From: Saprolegnia diclina VS20
Taxonomy: Eukaryota
Direction of reading: 5' to 3'
Length of the DNA: 62,031 bases
Assembly: GCF_000281045.1 (NCBI RefSeq)
Contig: NW_008246092.1
Span: forward strand, 498,596 to 560,626
The number at the start of each line of letters is the position of its first letter. Positions within the stretch are counted from its first letter, which is position 1. Positions 12,056 through 23,199 of this stretch are shown here, piece by piece. The notes beneath the pieces were generated by a model, which ran no database searches, was not told the origin of the DNA, and was given only the letters and a program-made list of their open reading frames with translations. The position numbers and the translations under genes are program-made.

Positions 12056-12768
12056 AACCGAACTGTGTGTGAGCCATAGCCAAGACGACTGGAGCCCTTG
12101 GCCACCTTCATATATGGAACCGATGGAAAAGTGGTCGTCGGGGTGTTGCGTTCTTATTGCGTTGCCATCTATCTGGACTTCACCGCGCGGTACATTGGGC
12201 CGTTGAAAAACCTCGCGCCTAGCGTAGCATGCTGTCGCGTTAGCCTCACCGCGTCGGGCCGGGTCGGCGTCTCCCCCGAGCCACGTCGCCAGGCCTCCGG
12301 CCGCTCGGAGCTGCATCTTCGAGATTCGCCTTCTCTTCGAAAGATCGCAGCCGATGCGTAAAACGTCTCGGTAAAACGAGGTAAAATAGGGTAAAACAAC
12401 CTACCGTTGCATACATTAAAAACACCCAAGTTTACACCGAACAACGCGATTTCGCCGGGTAGAACGCCTTGGATGCCAAAGGTCGCCCCGGATACTTGTT
12501 AACAAGACATTATGTCATGCTCTAGAGGTGCTTATGGTCGCGGAAACGTACGGGGATAGACATTCGCGTGCTGTCGCCAGCATAGAGTGGCGTGCAATTA
12601 GTCGAGTGAGCACCTCGCGCTTTTACGCCGAACGTTCAGCGGAAGAACGGCGGTGACCATCACTTGTCATCGCCATTTTAACCAATCAGCGACGGCGAAT
12701 TTGTCGAAGAGTACGCCGACTTGCAGCGAAGCCGAGCCCCCATTGACGCAAATTCTCTACCGCCTGCC

Positions 12769-14133
12769 ATGATGCTCTCGTCCCCGCGCTCCGTGAGCGA
12801 CGTCTCGATCGTCGACGAAGAAGACTACGACGGGCTCTCGTCCGACTGCTTCTCCGAGACGGGCTCGGAAGGCCCGATCGGGCCGCTCGTGGACCTCGCG
12901 CCGCTCGGCGCGCCCTCGATGCACGAGCGCAAGGAAATCCTCAAGCAGTATGGCCGCGTCAACATCGCCCGCGAGCGCATGATTGCCGCGCACTTGATTG
13001 GGTCTGCGCAGCGCCAAATGGTACCGCCGTACTTGGCGTCCAAGCCGCCGCCGATCGGCCGCCGGACGCAGAACCGGTAGCCGCCGCCATCGCTGCGTCG
13101 AGAGGCGTACATCTCAACGCGATGACGTAGGTACTTTAACGACCACCACTTTGGCAACCGCGCTGCCACCGCGTCGCTGGACGAGCTCATGGAGCACATG
13201 GCGATTTCGGTCGAATGGAAGTACGTTGCAGTCGCAGCGTGTAGCCAGAGAGGCTTATGCGGTGCGTAGGAGCAACTTTCAAAAGTTGGCGCAGCCCGAG
13301 AACGAAGCAATTGCGGATGCATTCCGGTCCGTCAAGGAGCCGGCCCACGCGCGCTCCAACAGCAACCAAAACCAAACGCACCGCGCGCGCCGCCAGGACG
13401 CCTGGCGCGGTACGCTTCCGCGGTGACGCCCGCGCGTCAACGGATTGCGTAGAGGCCGACGACATGTTTACGCGCATTGATCGCCGCGCGCGCTCGGTCC
13501 TCGCAGCGTCGTTTGACGCGATGCACATCTACATCCAGGCGATTGAAGACGTTGTTGTGCACTTTGTCAAGGTACCCACACAACTTGTGCGGACTCAATA
13601 ACCCTACCCACGCGGTGTAGTGGAACGAAGTCGTGTCGACGGTCGAGCTGGACCCGGTCCTCGCCAACATGCTCTCGGGCCCGATGCGCGTCATTGAGAC
13701 GACGCCGCTCGTGCGCGAGACCAAGGCCGGCGGCTCGCGGACGCGCCCTGCCAAGCACAAGGACACGGTGCTCGTCTTGCCGCTTCTCGAGTCGTCGTAC
13801 CACCGCTTGCTCATCCACGCCGTGTGCCAGTTTTACGGCCTCGACTCCAAGAGCCACTTTGACAAGACGGCCAAAGCCAAGATCATGCGAATTCGCCGGC
13901 CGACGCGCCGACAGCACCATGCGGGCATCGCCGTCTCGCTCTGCGCGTTCCTCTTCCACACGTTGTACGACCACGTGCCCGAAGACGACGTCGACGCGGC
14001 CGCCGTCGTTGAAGAAGAAGGCGCAAGCAACCAAGACGAGGCGCCTCTCGACGACAACCAGAGCGACTGCAGCGACGATAGCTACTGCGTCGTGGCCGCC
14101 GACGACGCGCTCGAGGCCGTCGCGCACGCATGA
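12769..14133 (+). CDS. R3HDM4: R3H domain-containing protein (R3HDM4-like)
   Basis: Spliced GRRTQNRYFND resembles the R3H-associated N-terminal motif; SSYHRLLIHAVCQFYGLDSKS is the R3H RxxxH core. Confidence 0.78.
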
Positions 14134-14246
14134 GAGGCCCATGTCCTGTATATTACGTGTGCAGCGTACGACAACAAAAGATTGAGCGCATTTATGAGGT
14201 GTTCTCTTACTCTTACGTAAATACATATACTGTAGCACTCAATGCT

Positions 14247-14277
14247 ACGTGTGGGTGTAGCTGCAACACCCACACGT
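14247..14277. repeat. Perfect 12-bp inverted repeat (hairpin, 7-nt loop)
   Basis: ACGTGTGGGTGT-agctgca-ACACCCACACGT. Confidence 0.85.
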
Positions 14278-14739
14278 TGCGTTCCGCAGAGGCCTCCAGA
14301 CAGAAGGTGCAAGCCGAAGCTGTTGCCACACCATAAACAGCAGGGCGATGACACGACCACACCGCAATCAACGAGCGAATCGGACCAGGGGGAAGCGAGT
14401 GTTCACGTTGGTCATCGAAGAGCTAGAACAATATCAGTACTAGTACATTGAAGCTGGAGCGGCGTCTCCTTCCCTAACCCCTGGCGAACAAGCGGCGTCC
14501 CACGGAGCTATTGCGTCCTTTCCAGGGTCTTGTGAGTGATGGTAGCGCCGTTGGGGGCCACAGCTGTGCATACGATCCGCTGGGACTGGCATCGTACTAG
14601 TACAAGCGAGTGGCGCTGGTTGGTGTGGGCAAGGATGGTCGCCAGCGACCTTCATTCATGCACCCAGCACCTGCACTCACGCGCATCAACGCTGCTTGTG
14701 GCCACACAACGCTCACTTTCCATTTTGCCTTCCAGCAGC

Positions 14740-16272
14740 ATGAGCAGCTTTGCCGACGCCGCCAAGCAACTCGCGTCGATGACGACGACGGCCAACGGCG
14801 CGCTCTCGCACGCATCAACCTCGAGTTCGCGCGTCGACTTGTTCTCGGGTGTGCTCCGGGGCACGGAAGAGGCGCGCATCCAGGCGCTTCTCGCCGCGTC
14901 CTACAAGGAAGATGCGCTGCACACGCTCAAGATCGTCGCCTACTTGCGCGACGTTCGCGGCGGCAAGGGCGAGCGCCAAGCCGCGCGTTTGGCGCTGCAC
15001 TGGCTCGCCAAGAACCACCCGAACGTGCTCTCGCACAACCTCAAGCACTATGTCAGTGTGTATGGTCGGTTCGATGACCTTCTCGCCGTCATGGGCACGC
15101 CGTTGGAGGCGACGGCGCTTGGTATCTGGGCCGACCAGCTCCGCGACGACCTCGGAAACATCAAGGACGCGGACGAGAAGCAACCCGTGAGTCTATGCGC
15201 CAAGTGGGTGCCGTCCGAAAAGAAGGCAGCTGACAAGAAGACGCGCGTGCACGCCAAGCTGGCCAAAGTCATGGGGCTCTCGAGCGCGGACCTCCGCAAG
15301 ACGTACCTCTCGCCGCTCCGGGCGCATCTGCAGCTCCTCGAGCGCCACATGTGTGCCAACGAGTGGGACAAGATCGACTTGAGTGCTGTCCCGAGTGTTG
15401 CCATGCACATCCACGGCAAGCCCAACCACGCATTCCAGCGCCATTTGCCAGAAACGTTTGCGACGTGGAAGGCCGGCTTGAAGACGGGCGAGACCAAGGT
15501 CAATGCGTCCGTGCTCTTCCCGCACCAAGTCGTGTCGCAGTACTTTGGCCCGTATGACGCCATGGCCACCGATCTCGACCCGCTCCTCGAGGCGCAGTGG
15601 GCGGCTATGGTCGATCACGCCAAAGACCTTGGCACGCTCAGCCGCACGGTTGTCATGTCGGACGTCTCGGGCTCCATGAATGGGCTGCCCATGATGGTGT
15701 CGCTCGCGCTCGGCATCCTCGTGTCGTCGCTGGCCGCCGATGAGTACAGAGACCTCGTCATGACGTTCGACTCGACGCCGACCTTCTTCCACGTGCAAGG
15801 CGACTCGCTCTTGGCCAAGGTGCAGTGCCTCGCGGCGGCGCCGTGGGGCGGCTCGACCAACTTTGTCGCAGCCCTCCGGCTCATCATCGCTCTCGGTCTC
15901 GACAAGCAGATTGCCCGTGAGAAGATGCCGCAAAAGCTTATTGTGATTTCCGACATGCAGTTTGACGAGGCCGACAACGCATTCGAGACCAACTACGACG
16001 TGCTCAAAGCCGAGTTTGCCGCCGCAGGCTACGACGTGCCGCAAGTCATCTTCTGGAACGTGAACGGCAGCACGACGGACTTTCCGACACTGAGCTCGGA
16101 GGCCAACGTGTCGCTCATCTCGGGCTACTCGCCGAGCGTCATGAAGGCGGCGCTCGCCGGCACAAGCACGAGTCCGCTCCAGACGATGCTCACAGCGATT
16201 TTGGACGCGCGCTACGATTTGATTACACTGCCGCGATCCGATGACGACGACGACGACATGGAGATTGTCTAG
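14740..16272 (+). CDS. DUF2828-family protein (TROVE/Ro60-like helical domain plus vWA domain), intronless
   Basis: Motifs RDVRGGKGER, YGRFDDL, SLCAKWVP, vWA MIDAS DVSGSM, WGGSTNF, ISDMQFD and IFWNV. Confidence 0.85.
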   Translation: MSSFADAAKQLASMTTTANGALSHASTSSSRVDLFSGVLRGTEEARIQALLAASYKEDALHTLKIVAYLRDVRGGKGERQAARLALHWLAKNHPNVLSHNLKHYVSVYGRFDDLLAVMGTPLEATALGIWADQLRDDLGNIKDADEKQPVSLCAKWVPSEKKAADKKTRVHAKLAKVMGLSSADLRKTYLSPLRAHLQLLERHMCANEWDKIDLSAVPSVAMHIHGKPNHAFQRHLPETFATWKAGLKTGETKVNASVLFPHQVVSQYFGPYDAMATDLDPLLEAQWAAMVDHAKDLGTLSRTVVMSDVSGSMNGLPMMVSLALGILVSSLAADEYRDLVMTFDSTPTFFHVQGDSLLAKVQCLAAAPWGGSTNFVAALRLIIALGLDKQIAREKMPQKLIVISDMQFDEADNAFETNYDVLKAEFAAAGYDVPQVIFWNVNGSTTDFPTLSSEANVSLISGYSPSVMKAALAGTSTSPLQTMLTAILDARYDLITLPRSDDDDDDMEIV

Positions 16273-16621
16273 TGTTTGGATTTCATTCTATTTATATACA
16301 CATTAACCGGATGGCGTGTCTGCTGTCTTTGAAAGTGATCGTAATTCGCGCGGAAAAAATGACCACTCGTGCCTTCTTCATGCTGGCGTGTATTCGTGTA
16401 TGAAGGGTGTATATCATGGGTCTAATTTCAATACATCGTGGTGTCTAGACTGCAACCCGTGGATATGAAAACCTGAATATGACCGAAAGCCGAAAGCCGA
16501 TTGGTTGTTGCCAGCGGGTTGTTGCGACTTGACAATTGACCGTCAAAACAAGGTCGCCTTGAGTTGCGCGTGCTATCGCCAACCCCAGCCATTGCCCGAT
16601 TTACCCCTACGCTTGACCGTG

Positions 16622-17620
16622 ATGGAGACGTCGTGGGTGGATGCCAACGGCCTCGCGCTACTCTCCGACGTTGGTCGCTCCATGAACTTGACCGGCCACG
16701 CCTACACCATGCTCCTCGACGCGGCGCAAGCCAAGCTCCTTGACTACCGCGACAAGGACCCTCTCGTGTACTCGGTCTCGCTGCTTGTCGCTGGCCTCAT
16801 GGCCATCGTCGTCGGCTACATGGCACTTCGTTTTCGGCGCGCTGTGCTCGCATGTGTTGCGTACATCATTGTGCTCGGCGTCCTCTGCTTTATCACGGGG
16901 AGCGACCCGTTCGCACCTCTTGCCGTCCTCGCCGCTGTCAGTCTCGTCGCGGTCCTCGCGCGCTCGGAAAACCACTTGACGCATGTGCTGCTGCTTCCGT
17001 CAGCAGCGGTTTTCCGCGCCTTCTCCACATACTGCCTTGACGGTCTACACACCAGCGCGACGACTCTTCTCGACGTCGTTGCGGACGCCACAAGCCTCGA
17101 CATGAGAATTCTTCTCATCGCCTTTGCACTCGGCAGCGCCGGCATCTACTGCTACAACGGTCGGTTCGCGGAGCGGATCAAGAGTGCGTTTGTCTTTGTC
17201 TCTCTCGCAGCCGTGCTCAGCGCGTGGCTCTCGGTCGTCTACGCGCTCGGTCTGGCGTGCCTCCTCACGTGGCTGCAGAGGTTTGACTGGGCTCTGCTGG
17301 CGATGATACTCTGCGCTGAGTTTGCATTCGTCGCCATGCCAACGACGCCCGTGGTCCTAGTGCTTCGCGATATCGGCGGCATCTACGTGCTCGCCGTTCC
17401 GGGGCGACGCCTCATGGTCAAGCTACTGACCATGGGCCTTGACGGTGTCGCTATGTTCGCTGGAGCGACCCCTTGCTGCGTCTTCCTTGCCAACCACATT
17501 GTCCCGGCGGTAACTGGATTCAAAATCCCCAACTCTGTCACGGGAGTTTTCTTCGGAATCGTCTTCATGCGCTTAACCAAGCAAGCTACCCCAGCCTCGC
17601 AGGAGCCGGCGGGAAATTGA
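16622..17620 (+). CDS. Uncharacterised multi-pass membrane protein, paralogue 1 (intronless)
   Basis: Long, very hydrophobic ORF. N-terminus SWVDANGLA..S...RSMN.T and internal SAGIY.Y.GR are shared with 18001-19092. Confidence 0.75.
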   Translation: METSWVDANGLALLSDVGRSMNLTGHAYTMLLDAAQAKLLDYRDKDPLVYSVSLLVAGLMAIVVGYMALRFRRAVLACVAYIIVLGVLCFITGSDPFAPLAVLAAVSLVAVLARSENHLTHVLLLPSAAVFRAFSTYCLDGLHTSATTLLDVVADATSLDMRILLIAFALGSAGIYCYNGRFAERIKSAFVFVSLAAVLSAWLSVVYALGLACLLTWLQRFDWALLAMILCAEFAFVAMPTTPVVLVLRDIGGIYVLAVPGRRLMVKLLTMGLDGVAMFAGATPCCVFLANHIVPAVTGFKIPNSVTGVFFGIVFMRLTKQATPASQEPAGN

Positions 17621-18000
17621 GTTTAAACGGGTTATACTATAGACTACGATTGTTCCTCGATACTGTGCGTTCCATTCGACGCTGAGACCCGTCTTGTCGC
17701 TCCCAACATTGCGCCATGCAATACATGTACGGCCCAGAGCGCAGTCCTGTTGCGTCTTCTCATCGCAGCATGTAAGCTCTCCGTTCCCGCAACCCTAGCA
17801 TCGAACGCAGTGGCAAATTATTTATTAACGCCGTAGCTAGGATAATAGTCGACCAATCGACTGAATCGTAGTCGTTGTAGTGTTGTCACAAATTAGTCGA
17901 CAACCAAGCAGCACAACCGAGTGCCGAATCGTCAACATCTGTCGTATCCGGATAATCCACTCACAATCGGCGAGGCCAGTTTGCCTTTTGCACAACCGGA

Positions 18001-19092
18001 ATGATGGCGTCCTGGCTCGTCGACGCCAACGGCCTTGCGTTCGTCTCGCACACCGAGAGGTCGATGAACCGCACCTTCACAGCCTACGACACCTGGCTCA
18101 ACGACACGCGCACAGCGGTATTGGACCCGACCGAGAAACCGCTGCTGAGCTACCTCGCGACGCTCGCGCTCGCAGCTACCGCCGCCGTGCTGCTCGGGCG
18201 CTACGCGTATCGCTACAAACGCACGTTTGTGTTCTGCGCCATGTACATTGTCATCCTCGGCGCGCTGCCCGTGTGTCTTCCCGGCCTCGTCCAGGACGAC
18301 GCGCCGTTCGCCGCCATGGCCGTCGGCCTCGCGCTGGCGGGCGCAGTTGCCTTTACAACCTCGATGCGTCTCTCGCTCATGGCTCTGTACGCGCCCGTGA
18401 TGTACATGTTCTTTCGTTCGCTTATCGGCAAGTACATTGGATGGCTTCAAGCGTCGTCGACGACAATGCTCGCCATGTCGCCCGTCGATCTCGATGTGTG
18501 CGTTCCGCTTGGCGCCTTTGCGCTCCTTAGCGCGGGCATCTACAGCTACGACGGCCGATACAGCCTCGAGCTTGAGCGCACCTTTCTCTTTGGGTGCCTC
18601 GTCGCCTCGGCGACCGCTGCGCCGCTCACGGGGTCATTTTCCCTCTGGGCCATAGCGCTCGCCTGTGTCGTGGCGGTCGTCGGAACATATCTGCGCCAAA
18701 TTGGCTGGGCCGTGCTCTGGTCTCTGCAATTGTACCAGCTGCTGGACATTGCGATCCCGAGTGTCCCCGTGCTCTTGATCTGCCGGGACGTTGCGTGTTT
18801 TGGCTTGATTGTGCCCGTGTTACGCCTCGTCATCACGACCAACGACGCGATCCACGGCCTCCTCAGCTACGTCATTACGTGCCTAGTGACGCCGGCGTGT
18901 GCGTGCTTCGTCATCGACGCTCTTGTCGCGCTTACTGGCTGGAAGGCGCTCGAGGCGCTGAAGCTTTGGGTCGCTCTCGGCGCCTACTATTACGTCATCA
19001 TGCAGCCCGATTTTGCGGCCCCGAAGAACCCAGAGCGTCGCGAGGACGACAGCGATGCTATTGACGCGCCCACCTCCGATAGCATCGTCTAG
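18001..19092 (+). CDS. Uncharacterised multi-pass membrane protein, paralogue 2 (intronless)
   Basis: 363-aa hydrophobic ORF, clearly homologous to 16622-17620. Confidence 0.78.
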   Translation: MMASWLVDANGLAFVSHTERSMNRTFTAYDTWLNDTRTAVLDPTEKPLLSYLATLALAATAAVLLGRYAYRYKRTFVFCAMYIVILGALPVCLPGLVQDDAPFAAMAVGLALAGAVAFTTSMRLSLMALYAPVMYMFFRSLIGKYIGWLQASSTTMLAMSPVDLDVCVPLGAFALLSAGIYSYDGRYSLELERTFLFGCLVASATAAPLTGSFSLWAIALACVVAVVGTYLRQIGWAVLWSLQLYQLLDIAIPSVPVLLICRDVACFGLIVPVLRLVITTNDAIHGLLSYVITCLVTPACACFVIDALVALTGWKALEALKLWVALGAYYYVIMQPDFAAPKNPERREDDSDAIDAPTSDSIV

Positions 19093-19541
19093 TTCATCTC
19101 GCATTAAGTTATTCCTTTCGTGTCATTGTTGATGTTCCCGTTGTTGTCGCAGCATGACCAGATTGACTGTCTGTCGAAGGCGCGCAGAGCAACGTCGCGG
19201 TGCGAAGTCGACGGGGTGCCATAGAGCTGCGCTGCGACGAGCCAAGGGGAAAGCTACCCCGCGCCTGAGAATCATTTTGCACCCATCATGCTGTCCTTGG
19301 CCAGCTCCCTCGGCTCGATGAATGTGCCCGGCGAGGCCCTTCTTTGGACCAGCGACCCGCAGGTATTTACCGCAATTTGCGACTTCAGACGTGTAGTAGC
19401 GTTCTCAACAGCACGACCATCTATGGGCACGCGGTATCATCTGAGGTGGGCTCCTCCTTCGTCCAACTTGAACCTACGACGTGGCGCCATCTGGTTACGC
19501 TTTGACAGGACGATGCGCCTCCTCATTCTTGCTTTTGCACC

Positions 19542-21599
19542 ATGGGTGTCGCCTCCAACCCGCTCCTCGCCGACTGGTCGTCGCAGCCCTTCTCGCTCCC
19601 GCCCTTTGAGGCCATTGAAGCGAGCCACTTTGAACCTGCGCTCGCGATCGCGCAAGTCGCGTTTCTCGACGAGCTCACGGCCATCGTCGAGAACCCGGAT
19701 GCGCCATCGTTTGCCAACACGGTAGTCGCGTACGATCGATCGGGCCGCCTCTTTTACAGAGTCCTCGCCGTCTTCCAGAACCTCTCGGCGTCGTGCTCGA
19801 CGCCCGAACTCCAAGGCGTCCAGCGCCAGCTCGCTGCGCCCCTCGCGTCCTTCTTTTCTCAAACCACGAACTTTCCCGGCCTCTTTAAGCGCATCGACGC
19901 CGTGTATGAGGCCCGCGATGCGTTTGGTGGCGAAGACCTCCGCCTCATCGAGCGCATTCACTTGGACTTTGTCCGGTCGGGCGCTCGCTTTGACACGACA
20001 ATGCAGGCGCGCTACACGGAGGTGGTCGAGGCTCTTGCGACACTCATGACGACGTTCAACCAGAATCTCTTGACGGACGAGTCGGACTATACGATCGAGC
20101 TCTCGGAGGCCGAGATGGACGGCTGCACGCCCGACATCATGGCGTCTGCCAAGCAAAATGCGACCGACCGTGATTTGGGCGATGACGTCTATGTGGTGAC
20201 GGTCGCCCGGTCGATGGTCGAACCATTCCTGTCGAGTGCCACCAACAGCGCCGCCCGCGAGAAGGTCTTCCGCGCCTTTACGTCCCGCGGCGAGCTCTCA
20301 CCCGAGCGCGACAACAACCAAATCGCGACGCAGATCCTCAAGCTTCGCGTCGAGCAGGCCAAAGCCCACGGCTACAAGACGTTTGCCGACTACCAGACAA
20401 GCGACACGATGGCCAAGACGCCGGAAGCAGTCAGCGAACTCCTCAACCGCGTCTGGGACCTCGCCAAGGTCGCGGCCAACCGCGAGCGCGAAGCTCTCGA
20501 AGAGTACGCGGCCACGATCGGCGACAGCAGTGTCGTCGAGGCGTGGGACTGGCGCTACTACTCGGAGAAGGTCCGCCAGCTCCGGTATGATGTCGATGAA
20601 GCGACGGTCAAGCCGTACTTTAGCCTCGACCGCATGGTCGAAGCCGTCTTTGACGTGGCGTTCCACCTCTTTGGCCTGCGTTTTATCTTGCGTGAAGACA
20701 TCAAGGCGTACCACCCGGACGTCAAGGTCTACGAGGTGCGCGAGACGACGGCCGATGACGAAGACAAGCTCGTGGCGATCTTCCTGCACGACAACTTTAC
20801 TCGCAAGGGCAAGCGCAGTGGCGCGTGGATGAGCGCGTTCCGTACGCAGAGCCGCAACGTCGACGAGGACGGCACCAACGTCATTCCCGTCATCATCAAC
20901 AACAACAACTTTGTCAAGGGCGAGCCGACGCTCCTGAGCTTCCGCAACTGCGTCACGCTCTTCCACGAGTTTGGCCACGGCTGCCACGGTATGCTCTCGG
21001 ACGTCACGTACAACCGCCTCGCTGGCACCGCCGTTGCACAGGACTTTGTCGAGCTCCCGTCCAAGCTCATGGAACATTGGGTCTCGGAGCGCCAAGTGCT
21101 ACAGAAGCACGCGCGCCACTACGCGACGGACGAGCCGATTCCCGACGAACTCCTCGACAAGATGATGGCAGCCGCGACCTTTGGCAAAGGCTTTGCGACG
21201 GCCGAGGGCGCTGTGTGTGCGCTCATGGACCAGACGCTGCACCAGCTCGACGACGTCGACTCCCTCGACTTGGCCGCCTTTGAGGCGACGGAGCTCGCCA
21301 ACCTCGAGATGCCGCGCGGTATCGTCATGCGCCACCGGTTTTCGCAGTTTGCGCATTTGTTTAGCGGCGATGCGTATGCGGCCGCCTACTACGTGTACCT
21401 CTGGGCCGAAGTCCTAGACTCGGACGCATTTGACGCGTTCTTGGAGGCCGGCGACATCTTTGATGTCGCGACCGCCAAGCGCGTGCGCGAAACCATCTAC
21501 TCGACGGGCAACTCGGTGCACCCAATGGACGCGTACCGGGCGTTCCGTGGCCGCCCGCCTGTGATCGAACCCATGCTCAAGAAGAAGGGACTGCTTTAG
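19542..21599 (+). CDS. dcp: M3 family metallopeptidase, peptidyl-dipeptidase Dcp-like, copy 1 (intronless)
   Basis: NPLL...PPF, WDWRYYSEKVR, KRSGAWM, zinc motif TLFHEFGHGCHG, DFVELPS and YYVYLWAEVLD. Confidence 0.93.
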   Translation: MGVASNPLLADWSSQPFSLPPFEAIEASHFEPALAIAQVAFLDELTAIVENPDAPSFANTVVAYDRSGRLFYRVLAVFQNLSASCSTPELQGVQRQLAAPLASFFSQTTNFPGLFKRIDAVYEARDAFGGEDLRLIERIHLDFVRSGARFDTTMQARYTEVVEALATLMTTFNQNLLTDESDYTIELSEAEMDGCTPDIMASAKQNATDRDLGDDVYVVTVARSMVEPFLSSATNSAAREKVFRAFTSRGELSPERDNNQIATQILKLRVEQAKAHGYKTFADYQTSDTMAKTPEAVSELLNRVWDLAKVAANREREALEEYAATIGDSSVVEAWDWRYYSEKVRQLRYDVDEATVKPYFSLDRMVEAVFDVAFHLFGLRFILREDIKAYHPDVKVYEVRETTADDEDKLVAIFLHDNFTRKGKRSGAWMSAFRTQSRNVDEDGTNVIPVIINNNNFVKGEPTLLSFRNCVTLFHEFGHGCHGMLSDVTYNRLAGTAVAQDFVELPSKLMEHWVSERQVLQKHARHYATDEPIPDELLDKMMAAATFGKGFATAEGAVCALMDQTLHQLDDVDSLDLAAFEATELANLEMPRGIVMRHRFSQFAHLFSGDAYAAAYYVYLWAEVLDSDAFDAFLEAGDIFDVATAKRVRETIYSTGNSVHPMDAYRAFRGRPPVIEPMLKKKGLL

Positions 21600-21603
21600 A
21601 TTT

Positions 21604-21707
21604 TGGCGCGTAATCAGGTGGTGTAGCGTGATTGGTCAAAAAGGTGTCCATTGTGTCCAATCTGAATCAGAAGGGGTTGCAGTTGGCCGTGCGCGGCCGG
21701 GGGACAT
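21604..21707 (+). repeat. Direct repeat copy 1 (at least 104 bp; copy 2 at 24170-24273)
   Basis: TGGCGCGTAATCAGGTGGTGTAGCG...GGGGGACAT matches 24170-24273 with 3 substitutions. Confidence 0.9.
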
Positions 21708-22169
21708 ATCCAGGCATCGCTTTCTTTCGGGTTCCTCGGTCGGACGATTCATTTCTTAGCGTCGTGGTGCCCTTGGGTGCATGGCAGTCGTGCAAGCAGG
21801 GTCCATAGCTGCTTGTCTCGCTCGGTCACTCTGTCTCGATCAAGGTGTGGCCTGTCGATGCTTGCATCCTCGACGCAAAGATAGGAACCGCTGTGCTTCA
21901 ACCATAGAACGTCCGTCGTCTGTTTGTGCTAAGAGTTACAGGTATCCAACCCACGATGCGTTGAGTTACTCGGAGGCGCCCTAAATAATGAGAGGAGAGG
22001 TTTCGAAGGGGCAAGTCGCAACGGGCGACAGCAAACGAGTGACTCGCGCGGTCTCAGATAGCATTGCTCCCCACTTTCCTGTGCGGCCACGATCAAAGCT
22101 TGTTGGCGTAGAGACATTTTGGAAGCGACGAGCAAAGGCGTCGCCGCTATGGTGAGTCATCCAACCAAA

Positions 22170-22495
22170 ATGATGCGGGGAGTCCGATGCTCTCGTTATA
22201 GTGTGAAAGTGCATGGCTCTCCGCGTGCGCCCGGGAGCGCTCGCCATTTGCAAGAAAATTTTCGTTGGTGGGATTACGGCGGATTCCAGTAGGAAATGAA
22301 GCGGGGAGTCCGATGCTGTCGTTATAGTGCTCGAAATCGCTCTGCATCCTACCGAAATCGCGCAAAGCTCTTCTCCAAACTCGCGCTATATTTTCACACA
22401 ATAATAGCCAATCAAATGAAAGCATCGGTTGTGAAAGTGCATGGCTCTCCGCGTGCGCCCGGGAGCGCTCGCCATTTGCAAGAAAATTTTCGTTG
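22170..22495. repeat. Composite tandem repeat running into an assembly gap
   Basis: 66-bp block 22202-22267 is repeated exactly at 22430-22495. Sub-block GCGGGGAGTCCGATGCT..TCGTTATAGTG occurs at about 22175 and 22301. Confidence 0.88.
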
Positions 22496-23199
22496 NNNNN
22501 NNNNNNNNNNNNNNNNNNNNNNNNNNNNNNNNNNNNNNNNNNNNNNNNNNNNNNNNNNNNNNNNNNNNNNNNNNNNNNNNNNNNNNNNNNNNNNNNNNNN
22601 NNNNNNNNNNNNNNNNNNNNNNNNNNNNNNNNNNNNNNNNNNNNNNNNNNNNNNNNNNNNNNNNNNNNNNNNNNNNNNNNNNNNNNNNNNNNNNNNNNNN
22701 NNNNNNNNNNNNNNNNNNNNNNNNNNNNNNNNNNNNNNNNNNNNNNNNNNNNNNNNNNNNNNNNNNNNNNNNNNNNNNNNNNNNNNNNNNNNNNNNNNNN
22801 NNNNNNNNNNNNNNNNNNNNNNNNNNNNNNNNNNNNNNNNNNNNNNNNNNNNNNNNNNNNNNNNNNNNNNNNNNNNNNNNNNNNNNNNNNNNNNNNNNNN
22901 NNNNNNNNNNNNNNNNNNNNNNNNNNNNNNNNNNNNNNNNNNNNNNNNNNNNNNNNNNNNNNNNNNNNNNNNNNNNNNNNNNNNNNNNNNNNNNNNNNNN
23001 NNNNNNNNNNNNNNNNNNNNNNNNNNNNNNNNNNNNNNNNNNNNNNNNNNNNNNNNNNNNNNNNNNNNNNNNNNNNNNNNNNNNNNNNNNNNNNNNNNNN
23101 NNNNNNNNNNNNNNNNNNNNNNNNNNNNNNNNNNNNNNNNNNNNNNNNNNNNNNNNNNNNNNNNNNNNNNNNNNNNNNNNNNNNNNNNNNNNNNNNNNN
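22496..23199. other. Assembly gap (N run)
   Basis: Continuous Ns. Confidence 1.

Noticed and set aside
14247..14300. Hairpin as a Helitron 3' end
   Set aside because: No CTRR terminus at the expected distance on either strand.
21604..21707. Repeat start resembling a tRNA A-box or a primer-binding site (TGGCGCG...)
   Set aside because: No cloverleaf or B-box (GTTCRA) could be built, so it is not called as tRNA or SINE.
22170..22495. Repeats as a possible CRISPR array
   Set aside because: Units are long and composite, without regular repeat-spacer periodicity or cas genes, and the context is eukaryotic.
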